A stretch of 64,000 bases of DNA, taken from a virus. The notes under the pieces are model-generated. The model saw only the letters and a program-made list of their open reading frames with translations. It was not told the DNA's origin and searched no databases. The stretch lies in the IMG/VR virus record IMGVR_UViG_3300027714_000009, positions 26,379-90,378 of that record, one strand, 5' to 3'. Below, in pieces: positions 1-9,754 of this stretch. The position numbers and the translations under genes are program-made. Position 1 is the stretch's first letter. Each line of letters begins with the position of its first letter.

Positions 1-663
1 GCCAACTGCCATGTGTATTACTACACCAACTTCACTGTCAGTAATCTTCTTACCAACTTCACTGTCTGCTTTTACTGAATACGTTGTTGTGTTAGGTGTG
101 AATACATATTTGTTGTCTGTTACTTGTGGCTTTGTTAACCAAAGTAAATCACCCATCACATATCCTCTAAAGTTATCTGGTACACAACTTTCTACTTTAT
201 CCCATATGTTAGTCATCGCTCCTATAAACTTTTTATAGTCATTTGCTTTTTTAGCATCTGGGTTTTTTGCACCTGGGCGGTTGCTTAACATTTGATTTAG
301 ACCTTTAGCACTAGTTGCTTTTCCGTCATAACCTTTTGCACTAAATCCACTTTTATCAGTAAGTACAAATTCACCTTTTTCATTTCTTCCAAACATAACA
401 GCTGGTGAGCCGTCCCATTTAATAGTAACTGTATTTGGTTGTTGTTCTACTTGATGTAATGTTGCAATTGCTTTTTTAGCACCTTGACTACCGTCCCATA
501 GAATAAGATCTTCTAAGTGCTGAATTCTAGCACCGCCGGCATCTTCTGCTAATTTAGTTAAATTTGGAGTATAAAGATCTTTCTGAACTAACCTGCGTTT
601 GCGGCTGTCTCTGTTTAGGCGTTTCTTTGTTCCTACTATATGTTCAATATCACTTATTTTCAT
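1..663 (-). CDS. Conserved T4-like phage protein with KWDG motif (DUF6267-like, possible ligase/nucleotidyltransferase fold); 3' end runs off the window
   Basis: Manual translation from ATG at 663 (ATGA overlap with the upstream stop): MKISDIEHIV...RIQHLEDLIL...VTIKWDGSPAVMFGRNEKGEFVLTDKSGF; open to position 1; not in the ORF track. Confidence 0.7.
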   Translation of the reverse strand, partial: MKISDIEHIVGTKKRLNRDSRKRRLVQKDLYTPNLTKLAEDAGGARIQHLEDLILWDGSQGAKKAIATLHQVEQQPNTVTIKWDGSPAVMFGRNEKGEFVLTDKSGFSAKGYDGKATSAKGLNQMLSNRPGAKNPDAKKANDYKKFIGAMTNIWDKVESCVPDNFRGYVMGDLLWLTKPQVTDNKYVFTPNTTTYSVKADSEVGKKITDSEVGVVIHMAVG

Positions 664-911
664 TTCGGTCCTCTAATTTTCCTAACCCCACGATTGAATC
701 GTTCTGGGTCTCTATTCTTTATACTTAACATGATACGCTTTGTCAAGTCTTGTGCTACGTCTGCATCGTAATGATTCTCAATTAAATCTAATACATTTAT
801 AACACTACTTATGGCGTTGGAACCTCTACTTTCTAAGATTGCATCTTTAGACTTTTTTGGAGCTAAAAGATTTATTTCTTCTAATAAGCTACGAGTTCGT
901 TTCTGTGTCAT
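660..911 (-). CDS. Hypothetical protein (83 aa)
   Basis: ORF with GGAG SD and upstream GATAAATA motif (~953-960). Confidence 0.7.
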   Translation of the reverse strand: MTQKRTRSLLEEINLLAPKKSKDAILESRGSNAISSVINVLDLIENHYDADVAQDLTKRIMLSIKNRDPERFNRGVRKIRGPK

Positions 912-959
912 GTTTCTTCTCCAGTAATAATTTACTTCTTACTTTATTGTAGTATTTAT

Positions 960-2378
960 CTAACTATTACTTCTTTTGAGCATAGAACGTAACTTGTCGT
1001 GGCCCTGTATTGTGTTCTCCACAACACTATTTTCAGCAATATTCTTTTCTTGATGTGATACTTTGTTTTGTGCTTTAATTTTCTCAAACATAGCACTAGG
1101 TTGATTCATTGTAGTTCCTTGATCATCTTCGTCTAGATCCTCAATACGCAATCCTGCAATATCAAATTTTAAGTCTACTTTTTGTCCAACACCACTACTA
1201 CTACGTGTCTTCATAAACTGTACTTGGTAACGCCCACGTTCACGCATTGCTTGGCTTGTAAATATACCAATAACGTTGTCTGCTGTTTGAATCTTACTTA
1301 TACCACCTGCAATGTGGGAGTGATCAAATTCTACTTCCTCTACTGCCGCTCTGTTTAACTGAGATGCTGTTGCAAACAAATAATCATATTCTACTGCAAA
1401 GTTACGTAATTCTTCTGATACAAATTTATCTTTAATAAACAAATCACTTGGATTTACTTTATTTTGTGCTGGCATCATTAGATCCAAGTAATCAATACAT
1501 ACTGCATCTATTTTGACATCACTTTTAATTTCAAATTCTCTAATATAACTTGTAATAGCATTAATTGTAATACCATTTGGCAATTGTACAATCTGTAGCT
1601 TACCTGCTTTCTTACCTTGCATACGTACTTTTAAATCTACGTCAGCGGCGTTCTTAAATACTGATCTTGTGTCCATGCCAGTAATCATACTGTCTAATCG
1701 CATACTAGATAATTCTTCACTAAGCTCTAGTGTAATATATACTACATTCAATCCTGCAATTGACCAATTCAGTGCTAAGTTCTGTAAGAACAAACTCTTA
1801 CCACCACCCGATGGAGCTGCAAATATATTTAATTCGCCTCTGTTAAATCCACCATATAGTTTGTTATCAATATCTTTCCAACCTGTGCTTGTGCCACCAC
1901 GTTGATTACGTACACGTTCAATACGTGCCGCTGGATCTTCCCAATAGTCTGTACCCATATGTTTAGCAAGTCCAATATTGACTGCATCTTTAATCATACG
2001 TTCTACTGGTCCGTAGTCACCTTTTTCTAACAAGTCTGCACTTGTTAAGATTGCACCTTCTAATGCTTTATGTCTACAAAATACTTCAAACTCATCTATA
2101 AACCATTTCTTGTGTCTGTCATCTACATCTTTTAGTGGCTGTAACTCTAGCCCTGTTGTAGCTACAATTTGCTCCAATGTAGGTAACGCACTATATCCCA
2201 TAGAATGTTCTTGTATAAACTCAACACCCTTGCGTAGTTCTCTATCAAAATACAAAGGATCAAGTATTCCATTTACTCTAGCGAATAAGTCTTGGTCCTG
2301 AGATAAAAACTCAACAAATAATCGTTGTAAGTCTATGCCATATTCTTTTGCTTGTACATTTTCATCTTTTTTCATCAT
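960..2378 (-). CDS. gp41: Replicative DnaB-like helicase (T4 gp41-like)
   Basis: Walker A APSGGGKS, IDYLDLM, TASQLNR, KTRSS motifs; start placed at the ATGA overlap with the primase stop. Confidence 0.92.
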   Translation of the reverse strand: MMKKDENVQAKEYGIDLQRLFVEFLSQDQDLFARVNGILDPLYFDRELRKGVEFIQEHSMGYSALPTLEQIVATTGLELQPLKDVDDRHKKWFIDEFEVFCRHKALEGAILTSADLLEKGDYGPVERMIKDAVNIGLAKHMGTDYWEDPAARIERVRNQRGGTSTGWKDIDNKLYGGFNRGELNIFAAPSGGGKSLFLQNLALNWSIAGLNVVYITLELSEELSSMRLDSMITGMDTRSVFKNAADVDLKVRMQGKKAGKLQIVQLPNGITINAITSYIREFEIKSDVKIDAVCIDYLDLMMPAQNKVNPSDLFIKDKFVSEELRNFAVEYDYLFATASQLNRAAVEEVEFDHSHIAGGISKIQTADNVIGIFTSQAMRERGRYQVQFMKTRSSSGVGQKVDLKFDIAGLRIEDLDEDDQGTTMNQPSAMFEKIKAQNKVSHQEKNIAENSVVENTIQGHDKLRSMLKRSNS

Positions 2379-3388
2379 TTGCAATACTTTCTCATAATTA
2401 ATTCAATTTTAGTTGCATTACTTTCTGCACTATTTAATATACTCTTTATTGTATACAATCTTCCGTATTTTGTCAAGGCATCTGCGGCATCTTTGCAATC
2501 TTTCCATTCTGGAAATGCTACACTCCACCCATGCTTTATTGCTGCCTTACACATTAACTTTCCTGCATCATCTGCGTCTGGTAATATTATAATATGTTTC
2601 TGTAAGCTGTGTAGTATATCTGCTTGTTCATCATTTATATTATTACTACCTATTGCACACCCATCAGTTACTATTGCATCAAGTTGTCCTTCAGTTACAA
2701 TAACAACATGCTTGTCTGGAGTCTGTCTATCTAACCCATACACAAAGTCTTTCTTAGGTTGCTGATTGTAGTACTTGGGCATACCATCTGGAATACTATC
2801 TCCTGCCCATCTTGCTGTGTATCCTACTACTTTATTTTTATATGTAAATGGTAATATGAAACGCTTGTTGACTCTACCATTTGTTTTACTATTACTATAC
2901 ATGAATCTAGGATCAGTTACATCAAACCCACGTCTAGTTAAATATTCTACTGCTTCCGACCAATCTGCTGTAGGCTCGTCATGTAGCATAAATGGTTTAG
3001 TATCTTCTGGCAGCTCTTTTAAGTCCCAATCAATAATTAAGTTTTTACGTTTCTCTGTTTTTATTAATAAAGTTGCTACATCTTGTTCACGTAACAATTC
3101 AAGTTGAATACGATTAATATCATTCTCATCTGCACCTAATGTAGTTAGTAATTGTTTTAATCTAGATGTTACTTTGCCCTGTGGTGCCCATCCAGTTTTA
3201 AATGTGCAATTAAAGCAATTATATTGAAACTTTTCTACGTCAAATAAGAATCCACCTCTGCCTTTAGTATCAGGTCGTGCTTGACCATTTCTAGTACACA
3301 TTGGGCAATTGCCAGATATCCATCCACTAGGGCTTGATCGCCAGTTAGCCGGTACCAGAGTTCTTACGTAGTCGTTCATCAAAGTCAT
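2375..3388 (-). CDS. gp61: DNA primase (gp61/DnaG-like)
   Basis: Zn ribbon CPMC...YNCFNC; TOPRIM VTEGQLDA, PDADDAG, KDAADA. Confidence 0.9.
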   Translation of the reverse strand: MTLMNDYVRTLVPANWRSSPSGWISGNCPMCTRNGQARPDTKGRGGFLFDVEKFQYNCFNCTFKTGWAPQGKVTSRLKQLLTTLGADENDINRIQLELLREQDVATLLIKTEKRKNLIIDWDLKELPEDTKPFMLHDEPTADWSEAVEYLTRRGFDVTDPRFMYSNSKTNGRVNKRFILPFTYKNKVVGYTARWAGDSIPDGMPKYYNQQPKKDFVYGLDRQTPDKHVVIVTEGQLDAIVTDGCAIGSNNINDEQADILHSLQKHIIILPDADDAGKLMCKAAIKHGWSVAFPEWKDCKDAADALTKYGRLYTIKSILNSAESNATKIELIMRKYCK

Positions 3389-3394
3389 ACATGT

Positions 3395-3423
3395 ATATTA
3401 CACTCTTATTACTACTTTGTCAA
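3395..3423 (-). promoter_or_regulatory. sigma70-type promoter for primase
   Basis: TTGACA (3418-3423), 17 nt, TAATAT (3395-3400). Confidence 0.55.
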
Positions 3424-4231
3424 GTGTTCCTGTTGGTGATGTGTGTTTTGTTCTGATTAATTTTACGTTTGTACGGAATGTCCATGGATCTATTCCAGTG
3501 TGATTAGTATATGGGTAAAATTCTTCGGTGTACGAGCCTAATATTATGTTAAACCAGTCGCTTTCGCCTGGATTGTCATTTAATGAGCCTTGCACCCAAA
3601 AATTACCTGTATAGCCTGTGCCATATACTGCTAGTGTAATTAATCCGTTTGGTTTGTTATAGTATCCTGTGGCTTTCATGGCACTACTGTAATAGTATGT
3701 GTCTACGCCTACAACTGAAGTTGTAAAGGATGAATTAATTTGTGTTGTTAATGGTAATGCATCACCATCTTCTGTTACTTCAACAGTGTAGTTAGGTCGC
3801 ATGTTTAAGTCTGCAAACATAGGAACAACTAAACCTTGATCAGTAGTGTAACTAAACACTAGATCATAAAATCCTTGTGAGAATAAAGAACTCTCTCCAC
3901 TTGTAATTATTACTTTAACACTACCTGCATCGTAGTCTGTTATAATAGCTTTTTTACTAACTACAGTAGATCTATCATTACGATCAATTAAGGATACTTG
4001 CATAGTAGTGCCGTGTAACATAATTGGCTTGCGATCTTGGTTCTTTATAAAGAAGAAAAACTCAGTATCAAATCCTCGAAATAGTTTTAAAAATCTATAG
4101 TTAACCGGACTGTTTACTGAGGTACCTTTTGCACTTGCGTACTTGCCAAGCCCTGGCGATGAACCGTGGTCTTGTAAGGTGTAAAGATCACCTACTTGAT
4201 TAATATTGTATGTTGTTCCGTAATTTGACAT
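3398..4231 (-). CDS. Hypothetical beta-rich protein, probably virion structural
   Basis: 277-aa ORF rich in T/S/G/Y; AGGAG SD; upstream GATAAATA late-type motif. Confidence 0.6.
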   Translation of the reverse strand: MSNYGTTYNINQVGDLYTLQDHGSSPGLGKYASAKGTSVNSPVNYRFLKLFRGFDTEFFFFIKNQDRKPIMLHGTTMQVSLIDRNDRSTVVSKKAIITDYDAGSVKVIITSGESSLFSQGFYDLVFSYTTDQGLVVPMFADLNMRPNYTVEVTEDGDALPLTTQINSSFTTSVVGVDTYYYSSAMKATGYYNKPNGLITLAVYGTGYTGNFWVQGSLNDNPGESDWFNIILGSYTEEFYPYTNHTGIDPWTFRTNVKLIRTKHTSPTGTLDKVVIRV

Positions 4232-4294
4232 GTGTTAGACTCCTGTATTGTATTTATCAAAATTGTTCGGATTTTGAAAGCATAAATAGAAGTA

Positions 4295-4666
4295 ATGCAA
4301 ACAAAACATCAGAAACTATTAGACGAATATCCATTCTTAACTGTCATAGCATATGCCGGAAACGAATACCTTGGGATTATCCAAAATATAGATAACCATG
4401 TTGCTAGCTTATATGTGTACGATCGCTTAACTGATACCCAAGAGAGAATTAAGTTCTTGGAATTAGGCGAAGAATGGTGGTGGGAAACGAATAGAAAATT
4501 ACCCATCAACATTGCATTACTTAATAGATGGAATTACCAATACGCAATTCAAAGTTTTAATGTAAAACAAATGGAAGTTATTGTAGGACCAGAAGTAAGA
4601 CTAAGCAACAGCATCACCAAGCGGATTAAAAGACGTAGTATTAACCTTGTAAAGAAAAACCACTAG
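4295..4666 (+). CDS. Conserved hypothetical phage protein
   Basis: 123-aa ORF (YPFL...WWWETNRKLPINI); upstream CATAAATA. Confidence 0.65.
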   Translation: MQTKHQKLLDEYPFLTVIAYAGNEYLGIIQNIDNHVASLYVYDRLTDTQERIKFLELGEEWWWETNRKLPINIALLNRWNYQYAIQSFNVKQMEVIVGPEVRLSNSITKRIKRRSINLVKKNH

Positions 4667-5225
4667 CTAACATATTTAATTGCAATACTATAGCAACTGC
4701 ATATGCGTGAGCATGTGCTTTTTTAAAAAAGTATTCATCTGTGCTAGGTTTAACCCATACATCAGCGTTAATAGCGTCCCAACCCTTATTAAGTAAGTGA
4801 CGCTTCGCCGGTCTGATTACTGCAAGCACTGCCGCTAGCTGTTCTACACTAGTAGGCTTCATTGTATTAATAATATCAAAGTGCTTATGTATGTGGAAAC
4901 ATTGTTCTACTACTTCTCGATGTTCTAGTAACTCCCACATAGGATCCATTGCAAGCAAATCATCTAGCTTCTTCTTAGTATCAATAGATTTATATAATCC
5001 AACGTTAATAACATCAATTTTAAAGTAACCCATAGACTCTGCTTCTTTATGATCTATTGTGCTAAGTCCATTAAAAGGATTACTTGGTATTTCATGGAAG
5101 TACACACCAGTGTTATGTTTTACTTGCTTATGTTCGCGAGCAATCATTGCAGGTGTGCCGTTAATAAGGTTTAATAGCTTATCTCTATTAGCTACATCAA
5201 TGTCAATATCTGTGTTAACTATCAT
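4641..5225 (-). CDS. Miniature DnaE (C-family DNA polymerase III alpha)-like protein, ~194 aa
   Basis: DIDID, HNTGVY, GYFKIDVI, LAVIRP, FKKAHAHAYA match DnaE PDIDxD, HAAGVV, GLLKFDFL, ALYRP, FNKSHAAAY; start reassigned to ATG 5225 with AAGGA SD. Confidence 0.8.
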   Translation of the reverse strand: MIVNTDIDIDVANRDKLLNLINGTPAMIAREHKQVKHNTGVYFHEIPSNPFNGLSTIDHKEAESMGYFKIDVINVGLYKSIDTKKKLDDLLAMDPMWELLEHREVVEQCFHIHKHFDIINTMKPTSVEQLAAVLAVIRPAKRHLLNKGWDAINADVWVKPSTDEYFFKKAHAHAYAVAIVLQLNMLASGFSLQG

Positions 5226-5303
5226 TTGGGTCTTCCTTATCCATTTTATATAACATATATACTGGTAATACAAAACATGCTAATATATAAATCAATGACC
5301 ATA

Positions 5304-5975
5304 TCATATTTTCATTTGCTCCATAATTTCTGTTACAAATCTACCATCCTGTGGATTGACATTCATTCTACGTTGCCAATAATCAACATCTAAATAATCT
5401 GTTATCATTTTTAGTTGTTCGCCACTCATGTTATCAATTAAATCTTGTGCCGCTGTACTTGTAAACAATACCCACGGACTAATTTTGCCACTGCATATAT
5501 GAAATACTGCAAGTGCTGGTGCTATTGTATGAAAGTATGTATTATATGTTGTGTTGTTTTCTTCTGCCCACTTCTGTAAAAACAATACAGTACGCTCAAC
5601 ACCTCTTTCACACGATTCGTTGTTTTGTCGTTCTTTCATCCAAGCCGCAAAATGCTTATCTCTACACCAATGGTCTAATCTTATTGAATTCTTTAATAGC
5701 CAAGTTGTGTAAGACGGTACATCATCAATACCAATGTCCCTACAATAATAACCATACTTACAGAACGCAATATAATATTGACTTTTTGCAAACTCCTGGT
5801 AGCTTTTTTCATTCTTTGCATTTGTTCCTATTTTATAGAATAACTGATAACCTCTAAAACCAAGTTGTACATGCTTTTCGTCTTTTTGCATGTGCCTACG
5901 CTTCTGTTCACATAAATGAACAACTAGTGTATTCTCTTTCTTGAATGTTTTAGAACAGTATTCACATTTAAACAT
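5304..5975 (-). CDS. Hypothetical protein with N-terminal zinc finger
   Basis: CEYCSKTF...LVVHLC at the N-terminus. Confidence 0.65.
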   Translation of the reverse strand: MFKCEYCSKTFKKENTLVVHLCEQKRRHMQKDEKHVQLGFRGYQLFYKIGTNAKNEKSYQEFAKSQYYIAFCKYGYYCRDIGIDDVPSYTTWLLKNSIRLDHWCRDKHFAAWMKERQNNESCERGVERTVLFLQKWAEENNTTYNTYFHTIAPALAVFHICSGKISPWVLFTSTAAQDLIDNMSGEQLKMITDYLDVDYWQRRMNVNPQDGRFVTEIMEQMKI

Positions 5976-6434
5976 TTATTTTAACAGCTCTTTAATTTGC
6001 TTCTTATCGTACCCATACTCTTCAAACAACTCCTTGAAGTCATCTTTAGTTTTAGTACTAATAAAAATTTCTACTTCATCGTCATTCAGATGATTATAGT
6101 TTTCTATAACCCACTTCTGTATCTTACTTTGTTTCATTGCTTTTCCAGGTGCAATCCAAGGATGGAATGTAGTCTTCCCTAGTCCAACTAACTGCATTAG
6201 CTGATGTTGCAACTGTGGGTGCTTACGTAGCTTGTTAAAGTGTACATTTACTACTTCGTTAGTCCACTCTAAGTAATGCTCAGTAAACATCTTATCACCA
6301 CAACTACTAGTATAACGCATTAGTAGCCATATGCCTAGCTTTTTCTTTTCTTCTTCAGTAAGACTGTCATACCAACCTCTATCCTTGGTATCAATACCTC
6401 GCATCTCTTCTTTAATGTTTAGTTTATTTGACAA
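5976..6434 (-). CDS. Possible clamp-loader small subunit (gp62-like)
   Basis: Size, helical pattern (LLMRYTSS...VNVHF...HPQLQ...FHPWI) and replication-block context. Confidence 0.45.
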   Translation of the reverse strand: MSNKLNIKEEMRGIDTKDRGWYDSLTEEEKKKLGIWLLMRYTSSCGDKMFTEHYLEWTNEVVNVHFNKLRKHPQLQHQLMQLVGLGKTTFHPWIAPGKAMKQSKIQKWVIENYNHLNDDEVEIFISTKTKDDFKELFEEYGYDKKQIKELLK

Positions 6435-6645
6435 TTACTACTTCTCCTTCAGTTTCTATCCAAACTTTAGCACCACATGATAGTGGTTTGTCTGGACTGT
6501 ATATAACTTTCGAATCACCTTTAATAGACACTTCATGTCCATATGTATTACTCTTAGAAGTCTTGCATGTTAATACAGGTTCTCTTTCACCTGTCTTAGC
6601 ATTACGTTTAACAACGTGCTGATTAACATGTATCCTAGTCTTCAT
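6424..6645 (-). CDS. Small conserved phage hypothetical protein
   Basis: IHVNQH...VIYSPDKPLSCGAKVWIET. Confidence 0.7.
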   Translation of the reverse strand: MKTRIHVNQHVVKRNAKTGEREPVLTCKTSKSNTYGHEVSIKGDSKVIYSPDKPLSCGAKVWIETEGEVVIVK

Positions 6646-6651
6646 AGTTTA

Positions 6652-7152
6652 CTACCAAAGCTCACTAATGTCAAGTACTTCAGGTAACTTGTTTGATTCC
6701 TTTACAAACAGTACACAGGGTGGATTTGCTCCGTCATGCAATGGAACATTTAATAAATGTCCAAACTTTAGCTTAGGTGCATACCATTTTACATCTGTGT
6801 AAATATTAGTTATTGATATGTCCAAGTACTTAGGTGTAAATCCTGTAATAGGATTAAATGCAAACACACTAAAGCCCCTGTCATTCAAACTCATTAAACT
6901 TACAACTTCTGGATCACCAACTGATGGATCACAAATAACTATGCTCCAATCTAATGGCATTGTAATTGAGTAATCACCAATTTTTAATACTGCGGCTGGT
7001 GCATAAAAACTTTCTAGGAACACTAATGGAATAAAATAGTAATCAATGTGTCCTGGGTTGCTATAGTCTAAAATGCTGTATCGTAAGTCTTCTACCTGAT
7101 CTGGAATCTCATCCAGTTCGTAAGTATTGTTTTCTACTGTTAAAATTTTCAT
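6652..7152 (-). CDS. Hypothetical protein, possibly a degenerate Hint-fold domain
   Basis: 166-aa all-beta pattern; AGGA SD; follows uvsW. Confidence 0.6.
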   Translation of the reverse strand: MKILTVENNTYELDEIPDQVEDLRYSILDYSNPGHIDYYFIPLVFLESFYAPAAVLKIGDYSITMPLDWSIVICDPSVGDPEVVSLMSLNDRGFSVFAFNPITGFTPKYLDISITNIYTDVKWYAPKLKFGHLLNVPLHDGANPPCVLFVKESNKLPEVLDISELW

Positions 7153-7171
7153 ATTTTATTTCCTGTGTGGC

Positions 7172-8623
7172 TTATTGCCATTCTACTTTTTCTATAGAGA
7201 ATGGATAATTGGCTTCTTTATAAAACTTCTTACGCTCGGTTAAGTGTTTTTTACTAAATTTTGCTGTACTTGTAATGTCCCATATTTGAACATTGTCTTT
7301 ATCTTCAGCTTTACGTATTCCACGTCCAATACTTTGTATTACTCTAACAAAACTCTTACCGGGCTCTATTAGTACTAAGTTAAAAATACGTGGAATGTTA
7401 ATACCAACTGCCGCAACTCCGTATGTTGCTACAACAATTTGGTTTGTTCCTTCATTAATCTCATCATAATGATCTTTACGTGTTGTAGTTTTCATCTCAC
7501 CACTTACAAAGTTTGCATGTGGAAGGTTTTCACAAATCATTTGTCCACCCTTGATACGATCTACTAATACTAGTGTGTTTCCGCTTTTACTAATCTTATC
7601 AATTAGTCCACTAATATGTTTTATACGTGCTTTGTCTGTAGTTAAATAACTTAACTCACTTTGATAATTATTGTAGACTGCAAACTCTTTCATTTGCACT
7701 ACGTTAACATGACATTGACTTAATACATCCATCTCCTGCAACGTGCTTGCACTTAGCTTGTTAGTTACTTCACCTAGACATGCTTGTAAGCAAACCTTTT
7801 CATGTTCTGCCTTTGGTATAGTTCCTGTTAGTCCCCACCTTAAAGGAATCTTTGCAAACTCCTTAGTCAATAGTTCTTTTAATACGTCTGCTTTAGCTTG
7901 ATGAACTTCGTCTACAATCACACATACTACGTCTTCTGCAAACTCTGCTAAACTTAATTCGCTTTGTCCTTCTCTAAATCTTTTCTTAATACTATTCAAA
8001 CTCTGCCACGTACAAATTGTATGTGTTTTGCCTAGTTCTTTTTTGTCACCGTAATACACGCCAACATCTAATCCTAAGTTCTCATAATCTGCCGCTGTTT
8101 GTTTTACCAAGTCTTTGTTTGGTACAATAACAATTGACCTTCCATACTTTTCTACACGTTCACTAAGTGCCGCTGTAATAAGAGTTTTACCTGCACCTGT
8201 TGCAATTTCTTGCAAGCAATGTGGAGTTTCTAAATACTTGTTTACAATCTCAATCTGATAATCACGTAGTGTAACTGGCTGTCCTACCATTTGGTGTTTT
8301 TCAGGCCACAGTTTATGTTGAAATGTTGATTCATCTACTACATTAAAATCAAGTTCATATTTTGTTCTTAAGTCTTCAATGTCAATGTCATAACCTTCAT
8401 TCATTATAATGGGAAGCACTTTGTCAAGTAAGTTAGTATATGTTACACCACCTACTGTAAAGTAACTTTGACATCCATCCCATCTACCCAACTTATATGC
8501 TGGCACGTGGAATGCGTATGGAAGAAAGAACTTTAATTCCTTCTCACATTTTCTTCGAGTGTTAACGTCAAGACCTTCGATCTTGCAGTTCACTTCATCT
8601 TTTAATACGATTTTACATTTCAT
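7172..8623 (-). CDS. uvsW: UvsW-like SF2 DNA helicase
   Basis: LRDYQ, ATGAGKT, VDEVH, GLTGT, QSIGRGIR; likely start MKCKIV at 8623. Confidence 0.92.
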   Translation of the reverse strand: MKCKIVLKDEVNCKIEGLDVNTRRKCEKELKFFLPYAFHVPAYKLGRWDGCQSYFTVGGVTYTNLLDKVLPIIMNEGYDIDIEDLRTKYELDFNVVDESTFQHKLWPEKHQMVGQPVTLRDYQIEIVNKYLETPHCLQEIATGAGKTLITAALSERVEKYGRSIVIVPNKDLVKQTAADYENLGLDVGVYYGDKKELGKTHTICTWQSLNSIKKRFREGQSELSLAEFAEDVVCVIVDEVHQAKADVLKELLTKEFAKIPLRWGLTGTIPKAEHEKVCLQACLGEVTNKLSASTLQEMDVLSQCHVNVVQMKEFAVYNNYQSELSYLTTDKARIKHISGLIDKISKSGNTLVLVDRIKGGQMICENLPHANFVSGEMKTTTRKDHYDEINEGTNQIVVATYGVAAVGINIPRIFNLVLIEPGKSFVRVIQSIGRGIRKAEDKDNVQIWDITSTAKFSKKHLTERKKFYKEANYPFSIEKVEWQ

Positions 8624-8629
8624 ACTATT

Positions 8630-8658
8630 ATAATACACTAATTGTTAAGGAAAGTCAA
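8630..8658 (-). promoter_or_regulatory. sigma70-type promoter for uvsW
   Basis: TTGACT (8653-8658), 17 nt, TATTAT (8630-8635). Confidence 0.5.
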
Positions 8659-8669
8659 GTGGTAGTCAC

Positions 8670-8692
8670 AAAAAAAGCCCCGAAGGGCTTTT
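8670..8692 (-). terminator. Rho-independent terminator
   Basis: AGCCC-TTCG-GGGCT followed by a T-tract. Confidence 0.85.
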
Positions 8693-8704
8693 CTAATTTA
8701 GAAG

Positions 8705-9583
8705 CTATACAACAGCAACCCTACGCATACATGTAACTTCTGCAGTACGTTTCCACTTCTCAGAACCGAAGCTCTTTTTCAAGTCTGCTAATTTAGTAAC
8801 CATACGCAATGATATTTCACGCATCTTTTCTTTGTTACTAATCATAAAGTCCATTATGTCTGTTTCTTCTTCTGCTGTAAAGTCATACTCATTAAGCATG
8901 CCATCTGCAACAATCTGCTTACAACGTAATACTTTTTCACGTGTAGTATCCATTGTAAGATCTAAGTAATGACAACGTGACATGATTGCCGCTAAGTGAT
9001 CTTTAATTTTACCACGTACATTATCAAACTTAAGGTTAGTAATAAAAATTACACTACCTTGGAATTCAAAAGTATCTGGAATACCTTCCCTACGTAGTAA
9101 TGCACTATCTGTATTCCAGCATAGCTTACGCTTCTTACATGAGTCAAGTGCTGCCTTTAGCAAGTTAAGCGATGTCTCATCATACAATACTGTATCACAA
9201 TCATCTAACACAAGAACACTGTTTTTGTCTGCATTATTGTAAAGTACTTTGTACAAACCAATTGCACTACTAGCACCTTTAATAACTTCAAAACGTAATT
9301 TATTGTTAGCAAGGACATCAAACAAACTATTCTTTTCTAGAACTTGTTCAACACCATATGACTTACCAACTCCTGGAGGACCCGTTACAACCATACCACG
9401 TACAACACCATCAATTGATGCTTGTGTCATATCGTCTAGTATTTGGAAACGTTCACGCATACGTTCAATAATCTGAGCGTCTGTTTCTTTGGGATTGTCT
9501 ACAACGTTATTTGGAAGTACTTCAATAATTGTCTCGCCTTTACGATCTTTACGAGCTTTCTTAAGTTGCATTGTTTTCGACAT
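8705..9583 (-). CDS. AAA+ family ATPase
   Basis: Walker A GPPGVGKS, Walker B VLVLDDCD, sensor IFITN, SRC Arg finger. Confidence 0.85.
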   Translation of the reverse strand: MSKTMQLKKARKDRKGETIIEVLPNNVVDNPKETDAQIIERMRERFQILDDMTQASIDGVVRGMVVTGPPGVGKSYGVEQVLEKNSLFDVLANNKLRFEVIKGASSAIGLYKVLYNNADKNSVLVLDDCDTVLYDETSLNLLKAALDSCKKRKLCWNTDSALLRREGIPDTFEFQGSVIFITNLKFDNVRGKIKDHLAAIMSRCHYLDLTMDTTREKVLRCKQIVADGMLNEYDFTAEEETDIMDFMISNKEKMREISLRMVTKLADLKKSFGSEKWKRTAEVTCMRRVAVV

Positions 9584-9635
9584 ATTTTGAACTCCTGTTC
9601 TTTTGTTTACTTCAATTAACTAACTTTATATACTA

Positions 9636-9664
9636 AGTATACAGTAAGAAGTCTTACTTGTCAA
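9636..9664 (-). promoter_or_regulatory. Early sigma70 promoter with palindromic spacer
   Basis: TTGACA-17-TATACT; spacer holds AGTAAGA-N2-TCTTACT. Confidence 0.85.
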
Positions 9665-9754
9665 CCGGTATATTGCAATTATTTTAATCTTTTTTTGATT
9701 AGTTTATTCATACGATTGGGCCAGTCCAAAAGGACGGCCCAATTGTTGTAAGTA

